From: Candidatus Omnitrophota bacterium
GTDB taxonomy: Bacteria; Omnitrophota; Gorgyraeia; Gygaellales; Profunditerraquicolaceae
Length of the DNA: 40,515 nucleotides
Direction of reading: 5' to 3'
Assembly (NCBI GenBank): GCA_026387385.1
Contig: JAPLLU010000087.1
Location: 1 to 40,515, forward strand
Positions 1-12,000 of the stretch are shown here, in pieces (the stretch's first letter is position 1; every line of letters begins with the position of its first letter). The position numbers and the translations under genes are program-made. The notes beneath the pieces are model-generated. The model saw only the letters and a list, made by a program, of their open reading frames with translations, was not told the origin of the DNA and searched no databases.

Positions 1-3000
1 AGAGTAACTGAAAGTCCGCTCACCCCTGCGGAAGAGTCTGAAATGCTTGCCTACTTTGCAGCACATCCTGAGTTACAGCCTGGCGATATCTTTACCTTGT
101 CAACTGGAAGAATAGTACGTATTGTTGAAGAGCCGCTTACCTCAGAAGAAGAGTCTGAAATGATTGCTTATTTTGCAGCACATCCTGAATTACGGCCTGG
201 TGATGTTTTTATATTGTCCACTGGAAGAATTGTACATGTGGTTAGAGCGGAGAACGGAGATATTATTTTACAACCCGAGACCATTGTTCTCCAACCCGAG
301 ACCATTGTTCTCCAACCCGATACCATTATATTAAAGCCCGATACTATCGAACTAAAGCCGGATACTATTATCTTACAGCCCGATACCATTATGTTAAAGC
401 CCGAAACTATCGAAATAAAGCCCGATACCATTATTGCCAGAGCCGATACTATCGTAGCCAAAGCTGACACCATCAAGGCTAACGCCGATACTAACTTTAA
501 AGAACTGCGGCCGCTAAGCATTGAGTGGACCTTAACCGGGGAAACAGAAGCTTATAAAATAGAAGAATTTGTGTATTCTCAAGTGGCGGATGAACATGGC
601 TTTATTCAGGACGCCGGCAATTATATAAAGACTACTTATATACGCCGAGTAAAAGACAATAAGTTCGTACTTCTGTCACTGGAATTTTATGATAAGGACA
701 ATCTTATTACCGAGGCCATAAAATTTGATGTGGAAGGCTCTGGCGCCATATTCAAAGTGGGCGGATACAATCCTATCTCTTACAATGATTATCTGAATCA
801 AATCAGTTCTTATAATAAGCCGATTTTCAAAGATACAGATAGACAGACCGTTAATCTGGGTGCACTCCAGGGGCATTTAGATGAAATAGGAGTGGAGTTT
901 GAAGGCAGGGATGACGGGTTCAATAAAGAAATCGATAGGCTTATAACCAGCCTTGATGTTCAGGGCGTAGAATCTTTATTAGCCTATAAGAGCATATTCT
1001 ATTCCTATGAAAACGGCGTTCAGAGAGAACATGTAAGATACATCTTATATGATGGAATCTATGCCGAGCCGCGTATTACCGTAGATGATGTTCAGGTAAA
1101 TTTACAGTATCCCGCAGGCACTTATGTGAGAGATATAAAACCGCTTGATTCAAGATATTTTGACCAAATATCTATCTACGCTGCAATCACTCCTGAAAAC
1201 AAAGTGACTGTAGACGGGACTAAAATCAAAATAGGCAATGATGTCTTTATTATTCGCGGCGTTACCTACTCTGTAGTAGCAAAAGGCCAAGAATTAAAGG
1301 ATTTAATTTTGGATGCCGGCACCATAGCAAATATAGAAGATACGCTAACGAATATGCAGCAGTCCGGTATTAACACAGTACGCACCTATTATCCGCCTAC
1401 AGCAAGCCTGCTTGATGCATTTGCCAGACATAACATCAGGGTTATAGTAGGTATTCCTTATTTCGATGACAGAGATAATCCCGGCCCGGATATCGCAACC
1501 GGAACTTATCGCGGATATATTCAGGCTTACAAGAATCATCCGGCTATCCTGATGTGGGAGTTCGGGAACGAATATAATTATAATGAACAATGGTTTGACG
1601 GAGATATAAATAACTGGTATACGAAATTGGAAGAAGCAGCTAAGACTGCTAAATCCATAGATAGTAATCACCCAGTTTCTACTGCGCACGGAGAAGTTCC
1701 TACTGAAGAAGTATTGAAAAAAGTTCCTTCCGTAGATGTCTGGGGCTTAAATATTTATCGCGGGAATAATCCGCAGGGTGCCATAGATGAATTCAGAAAG
1801 ATCTCCGATAAACCTGTATATTTGTCCGAGACAGGCGCTGATTCTTATAATACGGTGACAGGAAAAGAAGATCCAAAAGCGCAGGCTGATGCAGCAGAGG
1901 CGATTTGGAATAATATTAGCGCCAGTATCAATAAAGCCGAATGTTCCGGCGTTACCTTTATGTCCTGGCAGGATGAGTGGTGGAAAGGCGGCAGCGCTGA
2001 CGCCCAGGATTTCACAGGATGGGCATCTTCTTCTTATAATAATCAGGGCGTCTATCCGGATAGTTTTGCTAATGAGGAATATTGGGGCTGGACTACAATA
2101 GATGGTAACCTTAAAGAAGTAGCTCAGAGAATGCAGAAGGTTTGGGGAGTTAACGCAGGGGCTATTGAGTTGAACAAGCAAGAAGTATTATCTAAAGAAG
2201 ATGCAATAAAACAAGGCAGGATAACGGAAGAATATATTACCCCCATGATTCCTAAGGTTACTGCTCAAGTTGTCTTGACCTATTATAATAAACCTCAGCC
2301 TAAACCTGATTTCTTGCCTGCCCCAGGCTCAGTTACTTACCTCGTAGGAACTCGTACTGATTTTGCAGGCTTAAAAATCAGCAGAGGCTATTCCGAGGAT
2401 GTTTCGTCTTTCAAAAATCTTATAAAATTCGGAGTTTATTCTGAAAGTAATGCCTTCGGAGGATGGGTTTATCGCGAACCTGTAGATGTCTTTGGCCGCA
2501 CCCGTATTAAGGCAAATTACAATTTAAGCGAAGTATATATAGTCTTAGAGTTCCAGGAAACGAATATATATCAACCCAAAACAGCCTTAAAACTTATTAG
2601 AGACCAAGATAATCCTGGCCAATATATCGCTGTCCAGGTATTTACTTCAGAGTCAGATTTGGTTTCTTTAGATGATATATTAGCAGGTTATAACCAGAGC
2701 GATATAGATAATGTCAAGGGAGCGATTGGACAAATCAAAGCAAAAAAAGTAGAAGAGCTTGGTCCAGCGGACTTATTGTTAGTAAAAAATACAGTACAAA
2801 TTGAAGGCGAAACTTATACTCAATATGGCGTGCCGGGAGATTATCTGGGCAGGTCAATTATCATTGACCGCGGGCAAACCATATTTATTGCCAAGACATT
2901 TATAGGTATTACTGATACTACCTACGAAGGATATTTTATAGATAAGGCAACCAAGACAACGTTGTTAATGTTAAAGAATACGGATGATAAAGACAACGGC

Positions 3001-6000
3001 CTGTATGGCGATAAAGATTTAGGATATGTCTTAGGGCCTGATTTAAACAGGGATTATTATCGCGTAGGTTACTATAATCCTAACACCGGTGAAGTCTGGT
3101 ATCGTTGGCACTATCCTGTCCACATCTGGGGTGGCTATGTCTATGAAGAAAGAGGGTATTTTGAGGCATTAGGAAGCGAAGAAGAAATAAAGGCTTTGAC
3201 GGAAGAAGCTAAATCAGTTGCAGCATTAATTGAAAAGAAAAGCATAACGGCAGAAGAGCTAAAAGAAATATTAGGCAAGCAAAATATCCGGGCTAAAGAA
3301 GGTAAATCCTATTTCTATATTGATAAATCAGAAAGGATGACTATAGTAACCAAGAGATGGATTCCTGAAAGCCGCCTGCGGGTAGATGAATGGGCAACCA
3401 CGCGCGATGAGCCGTCTAAGACAAAATTTGCATATGTAGTGAACGGTAGAGAATTACTGAAATATACTACAGAGACTACAGAGACTCAAGGCAGAATGCT
3501 TATAAAGGATATAATGACGCCAGAGGTAATAGATGCTTATAATAAGCGGTTCGGAAGAGATTTATGGAAGGATTTAGAGACGATAGGTATCACGCAAGAG
3601 ACAATCCTTACCCAGGTAAAATTAACCCCGATCTTCTGGCAGGGGAGTAAAGATACTGGACTTCAATCAACAAACCGTAGCGGCCCAGCCAGTTATTTCT
3701 ACACCTTACCCAGCGATCCTTTGGGAAGAGAATTATTTAAAGTAGTGCCTACTAGTGAAAATTCCTTTAAATATACCATCAATATGTGGTGGGATACTAA
3801 TGAGGCACGATCACCTTCAGGAGAATTGCTATTAGGGGTATTGCCTAAGAGCTTTACTTTGGATAACGGAGAAATAGAAGTAAGGACATTCAATAGGGCG
3901 GAAAAATATTTAGATTGGTATAATACCGAAACCCAAGAGGTAAAAACAGTTAATATTCACGATTTGCCCGGAGTGAATTATGAATACGTATATATTTACG
4001 ACGTGGTGAATTCTGATTTCAATAAGCTCTTAAGGCAAGAGATAAGATCGCCTTCAGGAAAAATGATCCAACAAATATATGGATATCAGGTGGCAAGGAT
4101 TTTGAACAAGCTGCCTCAGACCATAGGCTTTGAAGTCATACAGTATAATCCTTCTAGTTCATTTGATGAGCCGGTAGTTGCCTTCAACAAAGAAACCGGG
4201 AAATGGACAAAGATATGGAAAGGAATTGAGTATACTGATAATCCTAATGCAGTAGTAATTCATCATACTGTTGAAATTGAGCCATTAGCTCCTTATAGGA
4301 TATCAACCTGGACAAGGACTTATGACCAATATGGTAGAGAGAGCAATAAAAAGGAAGTCATGACCGACTTCATTAATGAAGTTTTGCAGCAATGGCTCTT
4401 GGTGGTGGGAATGACTGTTGCGACGGTCGGATTTTTCGCTGGCCTTATTCTTTTAGGAAAGCGTGCAGAAAAGAAAGCCAGAGACCAAGAGCTAAAAGAA
4501 AAGGCCAAGGGAGTAAAGGGTGGCAACCGTAATCCTGTTAGTGCGCTCTGGAGAGAGAAGAGAAAAGAGAGAGTAAAGGATATCCTGAAGAGCTTCACGG
4601 ACAACCCCAAAGAAATCCCCGCTAATTTAAGAATAATTAATTATGTTGTGAATGCAACATCCAAATTACCTTCCACTTATACCTTAAAAGATATCGAAGG
4701 GAATCTTGCTTATCAGGCAAAAATAAAAGCGTTTAGAGAATGGCTGAAAAGGGTCAGAAAGAGCGAAAATACTAAAGAAGGCCAAGAACTTGAACTCCTG
4801 TTGAAGCAGGCTAAAGTAAGCCCGTTAGAATTTATGGTATTAATTGAAGTAGTCTATAGTTTGGCCAAGGAATTCAGATTCTCTAATCCATCAGTTATCT
4901 GGTATCATCTGGATAAAGCCCTAAGGATGATTCAAAAAAGCGAAAAGAACGTAATAATAGAAGAAATAAGGTCAGATCTAGAAGCTTTAAGGAAACTTAT
5001 CAATCAGTCTTACCCGGTGCAGTCTGCCGCAGGACGGGATAGGCAAGGCAAACCGACAGGCTTGTTCGCCTATTACATAAATAACTTGCCTAAAAAAAAG
5101 TTGGTATCTTTGGTTGTAAAATACATAGGCATCTTTTCAACAGGAAAGATAAGAGAGCTGTTCGGAAATCATATTGCTAAATTGTATAGGGGATGGCCCG
5201 CAGCTTTATTTGAAAAATATAAAGATATCTTATCTATGAAATTAAAAGAAAAGATTATGGAGAATCCGATTAGAAAATACTATGTTACTTTTGAAGATGT
5301 AGAAGATAGGTTTAACGGTCTTAAAAGTAAGGATAGTAACGATATAGATTTCATCAAGCTTTGGGATAGCCTGGAAGGGAAACCCATGGATTATAAAGTT
5401 CAAGAATTAAAAAATTCCGGATTAAAATTTAAAACCTATTCCGATGGCATTGGCTTAAGAAGATATTTAAGAAATATTTTCCCTGTTATCGTTCCTTTGT
5501 TGCCTTCTATGATTTCAGTGATTATCCTGCCGTGGCTTATTCCTGGTTGGCTTGGCTGGGGAATTTCTTTGGCTGTTTCTTTAGGCATTGGCTTAATACC
5601 TGTTATTTCAGGAAATCGCAGTTATTATAAGGCAAACTTTGGCAAAGATAGATTAAGACAAGAAAGGCCAGGAAAAATTATAGAAATAAATAATTTCTAT
5701 AAATTCTTCGGTATCTTCACCTTTGTTTATACCTCCTGGAACTATCTTGCCCTTTCTTTCTCATATCCAGTCATTTTCAATGCTTTAATCTTATCCGGAA
5801 ATCCAGTATTAACAGGCGTAGGCGTTGTCTTATTACCGATTATCTTTGGGTTCTTAATCTTAAGTATCTGGGCAATAGCTTACCCCGTATTAACTATATT
5901 CGGTTATTACCAAGGAAAGAAAGACAGAGTAGGCAAGATTAAGAGCTGGCAAGAGGCATTAAAGTCAACGACTATCAATGAGGCTAAGAAAGGATTTAAA

Positions 6001-9000
6001 GAATTCCTTCCTGTCAGGTTACAAGACCGATGGGAATCGATTTGGGATAAATTCTGCGAAGCATTTGTAGAGAGGTTATTGAAACAGTATAAGATTTCTT
6101 CTGGTGCAAAAGATATTTTACAGAGAGTTCTTAAGAATGGGCAGATAACCGAGGACCAAAGGAAAGATTTAGGAAAAGAGGTTGACGAAGAGGGGTTGGA
6201 AAGAATCCAGCGTTTTATCGGAGCCTGGTATATGAGAATGCCTCAGGCCTTGGATTGGGATGAGCTTCCCAGTCTGACCGCGATTATTACTTGTTTTGAT
6301 GAGCAGGTAATTACTAGTTTTAAAACGTTAAATAAACCTATAAATAAAGAAAATAACAATTTCCTTATTCCTTTAAATTGGTTTATTAGTAGGTATATTC
6401 TTGATTGGATTAATTTTGCGAATCAACAAACAGAAGATATAAGAAATAAATTGCGTGCCAACATAATTATAGACGAAAAAGGAATCAGAATTAAAGACTT
6501 TAATACACCTTTATCAAATGATTTAAGTGAAGATTTAAAAGAAAAAATAGTTGAATGGGCAGGATTACATTTTATTCGTCCTGACAGAAGCATTGCCGAA
6601 GTAAATGAGATATACGAGGTTTATAAATTCTGGGCAAAGATGGCTAATAAAACAGAGGAAGACATAAAAGAAAAACTGCAGATACTTTTAATTTATGAAG
6701 GCTATAAGTTTATAAAGAACAGTATCGATGAAAGTCCGAAAGATCAAAGACTAGCGCTTATCCATGCTTTGTCAAAATATTCATTTGCTGAAGCCTATTT
6801 GGGAGATGGCCCGCTTTACCGGATCAACCCTGAATGGACAGGGAAATCTTATTTGCAGCTCAAAGAAAGCGCAAAATATTTGAAGAGCGAGCAGGATGAA
6901 AGAGATAAATTTTTTGAAGTTGTCCACACTAGTTTAGGCAATTTAGGACCGGAAGCCAAAGATAAACCCGACTCTAATTTAGACAACAGAGCTATCAAAG
7001 GTAAAACTATAGGACAGAATGCCGGTGTTGAATATGCAAGAGGGGATATTGTGCTCTTCTTTGATTCTAATGCCTCAGTAAGATTTGAAGAAGCAATAAG
7101 AATACCTGCCGTCTTAGCAGAATTTAATAAGAGCGATAAATTGGCGCAGGTTTTATTTGGCGAATATATTAATACCAAGAATTACTCCTGGATTGCTGAG
7201 GGGATGGCTTTCGGTGAAGAATCCTGGACACAGGTGATGCAGAGGATTCTGGATCTGTATGGAGCGATCGGATTCTACGGACACAGCGCCTTCATTAGAG
7301 CTGATGCATTGAAAGCAACCGGATTTTTATTGAATTTCTATGCTTCTGAAGATTTATTGGGAGCTATAAGAATGTGGGAGGAAGGCTACGATACGACACA
7401 TAGAGAATATATCTTATTCGGTAAAGGACGCGAGCGCGGTTACATTGCTTCTCATACACCATTGGGAAAATGGTCTGAAGGTTCTGCAGAATTAATCTTA
7501 GGAAGGCAGGTTGAACGTTCATTAAGAAGCGATAAGCTTCATATGGGACAAAAAATGATGCTTATCTTTGCGCTCTCATTTTATACTAAAAAGCCTTTGG
7601 TGGTAATATTAAATTATTTGTATTTGTTCGCCTTTATTTTCTTAGGCATAAGTCCTTTTATAGGATATTCCTTTGGTTTACTTTTTGGAGTAATTGGTAT
7701 ACTTATCTCTCAGGCAATCAATGCTACCGGAATCCTGTATCTTATTGAGCAAAAAGGAATAATTAGAGGCTTGGCTAAGTTTATTCATCTTTTCCCCCAG
7801 CTCTTTGCTCTGTATACTGCCGAAATAGTGGTTTATGCGCAGAGGCTATGGAAGGGCATACAAGGAGCAACGGGATTCGCAATGTCTTTAAGAGGCTTAG
7901 ATTTGGAGTTTCTGTCTTGGAGTCAAATCTGGGGAACAAGTACCCCCCGGGTAATTAAATACTTAGATAATAAAGGAACAGTATTGAAAGAAATCGCAAT
8001 TGGAAAGATTAAATTTACTAAAGATGGGAAGTCAGTGTTTAGAGGCAAGGTTATTAGCGGAAAAGATAAAGGCAAAACAGAAGAACTCAATGCAGATGAG
8101 ATTGAGGCATTAGTTAGTACAAAAGGAGCTAAGTTTGATGATGGTAAAGAAGAGAAAGTAAGCATAACCCCGCTCATAGTAACAATTTTTGCAACAGCAC
8201 TTTCTACTGCGTTTGTATTCTCTTCTTCTGTCATGGTTACTTGGGCAGGAATTATAGGCTTAGCCTTAATTCCTCTTGCGGTAAGCGCAATTTGGCGTAA
8301 AACAGTTTTTGGCCTTGGTGTGAGACTGCAGATGATTTTAGCGATACCAATGGTCGCTTTAATATTTAACGGCGTCTGGTTCTGGGGAAGTATTGCCGGA
8401 AGCCTTATATTATCTGTTTGTTGGGTTGGGTTATTCGCAACCCTGGGGATTTATATCATAGGCAGCTTCATGAATGACAAACGCATCAGCTCCTTAGGCC
8501 TCATCGCATTCTTTGGGGCATTAGTGTCCGTAACTTATTTTCAATCTGCAGTACTCTTATTGTTTATTTTCTCTATTCTCAGCTTAGCTATTCCTCTTGC
8601 CTGGTTATTAATGCCTGTATTCGGTCACCCCAGAATACGCGCTAATTTTAAATATCAAATGAAATCTTTCCTTAATTGGCTGATGAGGCGTAAGGCGGAG
8701 CCGGCTGCTCAGCCAGAAACTCCAAAAGTAACGCCGTCTGCGTCTGGTTCTCAGCTTCCGGGATCTGGATCTCAAAATCCTGGTTCGCAGAGTTCAGCAA
8801 CTGAGATACCATCTGATATCCCACCCACTACACCGTTAAATTTACCCGATTTGTCTAAAGGGAGTTTCAGCGGTAGATTTGAAGAAGCAATTACTAAAGT
8901 TGATGAAGAGCATCCAAATGTAAGGTCTCCTCCGCAGGAGCCCAGCGAAAAAGAGCAAAGCCTCATATCCGGTAAAACTATAGTTATAGTTACTCACAAT

Positions 9001-12000
9001 TTCTTAGCTTCCGGTGGAGTTGAAACATACCTGCCTTCCTTGACTTCCCGCTTAGCCAAAAATAATGCTAACCTTAATTTAATTTTAACCTACCCAGAAC
9101 ATCAACAGTTAGCCACTCAGAGCGAACTACGCCTTGAAAATGGAAGTAAAATTGTCTTCATTCCTTCGGGTTCAACATCTCATGATTTAGAGAATACATT
9201 ACAGAATATTTTCAAGCAAAACAGCGTAGATCTAATAGTCTGCCACGTACCATTTGCTATGGAGAGTACCATTGCCATTAATTTTGCCAATATTCATAAT
9301 ATTCCGATTGTGCTGTATTGGCATGGTGGTCAGATATTGACTCGCGAGGGGCAAGCATATGGAATGGAAGCCCGATTTGCAAAAGCAACTAAGATTGCGG
9401 TTGTAAGCAGGGCGGGCAAAAAACAGATAGAAGATTTCGGTTTATCTGCAGAAGTAGTTGGTCCCATGGTCGAGGTGGCTAACTTCAATCCTATTTTAGC
9501 TAATGGCGAAGAGATAAGGAAAGATTACAATTTAGCAAATAAAGCGGTTATTCTTGCTCCTAATAGAATTCATCAATATAAGGGCTCAAAAGATTTATTG
9601 GAAGCGGCGTCTCAATTGAAGAAAAAAGGTATCAATAATTTTGTAGTGGTTATGATTGGAGATGTACACGAGCAGGCATATCTTAATGAAATTCAGCAGT
9701 ATATCGATAATAATGATTTGAGAGGTAATGTGATAATGAAACCAGTTGCCATTCCTCAAGCAGAGCTTAAAAATTGGTATGCGGCTTGCGATATCGTTGT
9801 ATTACCTACCTACGCCGAAGGCCTGCCACTAGTTCTATTGGAAGCGCAATTAATGGAACGGGTCGCTGTCGCTTATAGGATTGACGGCACACAAGAAGCA
9901 ATGAAGGAAAATGAAACCGGGGTTCTGGTTGACTTGATTGGTAACGACCATAAAATTGCTGATTTGGTCAAGGCTTTACAACAATTAATTCAAGATAAAT
10001 CTCAAAGAGAAACTATGGGTAAAGCAGGCAGGCAGTTCATTTTAGATAACTTTAATCCCGATAAATTAATTGAGCGGCATGTAAGATTATATGCTGAAGC
10101 CATGGCTGAATTTCGTCCGACAGCCGCCACTATTACGATGCTACCTTTGGAAGCCATACCAGTTGCGTACTCAGGGTCTTTAGCTCCAGAATATTCAAAT
10201 AAAGAACAATTGCAAGTAACAGGACAGACCAGAGAAGAGCGCAATAGAGCTAATCTTCTTTCCATTGGCGCAAATCCCAAAACCAAGACCTTTGGTGACC
10301 TTGTCAAATACGGCAACCCTGACTTAATTGAGAAGAAGGTAAATCTTATAAAACAACTTAAGGCAGAGGGAAAGATTAACGGAAGAAATGGCGGCATTGC
10401 CGTAAGTATACTTCGTTATAGCGCAGAAACTATTAAGGCGCGTGCGGAAAATTTGGGAGGATATGGTTATTCTCTTAATGCTGGGAATATAAAATTCAAT
10501 AAATACCAGGAGATAGTCCAGAAACACCAGGAAGTAGCGACCTCATCCATTCCCATAGTTGCTATTAAAGCTAAATTAGCTAACCTGGTGTTTACAGAAA
10601 AGGATATCATAGGTGAAGGTATAGAGTTTGTAGTTTATACAAAAGAAGGTTTGGATTTTGTAGTAAAGCCGCCCAAATTCGGAGTTCTTTATAAAAACTG
10701 TAGCGAAAAAGGTTATTCTCTTGCCGGGGAATTATTACCAGATCTTATAGCTCCTTTTGTTTTAGGAGTGCCGGTTGTTATTATTGATTCCCAGGGAAAG
10801 AAGCATAATGTCCAGGCATTAATCCAAAAGAAAATCACGCCTCTTCCGGAAAGAATAAATAAACTTGTCCAATTAAACGATAAAGAAGCCATAATAGGTT
10901 TACTGAAGAAAAAAGCCGAGCTAGATATAAAAGCCTTAGAGAGAGGTTTATGGATGATGGATAACAGTGTATTTAAAAACTATGGCATAGATGAAAAAGA
11001 AAATGTAGTTTTCATGGATTTAGGCCATATCGCTCGCAAGACTTATAGCGCAGAGTTAATAGTAGAGCTTTGTAAAATTAACTCTTCATCGAGGGATGAA
11101 CTTATATCTTATGGGGTTACAGAAGAGATTATAAATGAGTTTACGATATTTTTCAAAGATAAGCTGGAATGCTGGATAAACGAACTTGAAAAACAAGGAG
11201 CGGGAATAGTCTTTACAAAACTCACAACACCATTAGAAGCTAAAGATGAAATGGAAGTCCGTTTCTTAAAAGGTGGGTATAAACAGGATGGTTACGGCGT
11301 GCCGAATGGCGCTGCAGTAGATGGGTCGCATGCTTTAATAGGAACTCAAGGTTATTATACAGAAGTAGGAAAGAAGATATTCCTGGATACGGTCAACAAA
11401 ATGAAGGGATTCTTCCAGGGGCGTGCGAAGAGAATCGGGAAGCCGATTAAGCTTGTTATCAAGACCGGCATCGGCGGCCAGCATACCCCATTCGCGGGTA
11501 TTGCCAGCGGATTTGAAGTAATAGATTCTCAGACCGGAAAGATTGTCGGTGAGTATGAATTAGGCAAAGATTTTGAGGGGGCAATATCTCAGATTCTTAA
11601 AGAGCTCAACGCTGACTGGACTCAAGTGGCACTTATTCCCAGTTCAAAGTCAGGCTCAACCGATGAAACAATGATAGTCTTTGTTGAGATATTCTATGCG
11701 CTCTTAAAACATATAGCTATGGAGAAAGGTATTAACGGAGAAAAATTCGCAAACAAGATTCTGGATACTTTGCACGAGGTTAATTTTGTTGAAGGCAAAG
11801 AGCGGAAAGGCCAGGATTTATTCAAGGGATTCAGTCTTAAACTGATAAGTGAAAAAACAGGTGTAAGCTACGACCAGGTAAAGGAAATATTCGGGATAGT
11901 ATTAGGCAATATGTTCTTTGAGACCACGGACAGGACTTCGGATAGCCGACTTTCCGCGTTTATCAGAAATTCAGGACTGGATAGAGAACTGGGAGGAGAT

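Noticed and set aside
262-492. Possible CRISPR array
   Set aside because: Units are contiguous, have no spacers, are a multiple of 3 and vary in a codon-like way.
168-521. Minus-strand 117-aa repetitive hydrophobic ORF
   Set aside because: It is the antisense reading of the 21-bp heptapeptide repeat.
4720-8690. Eukaryotic origin of the contig because of GT48
   Set aside because: No introns, and in-frame fusion to prokaryote-type ArcC, HisC, PckA and Prs domains; formal taxonomy still needs checking.
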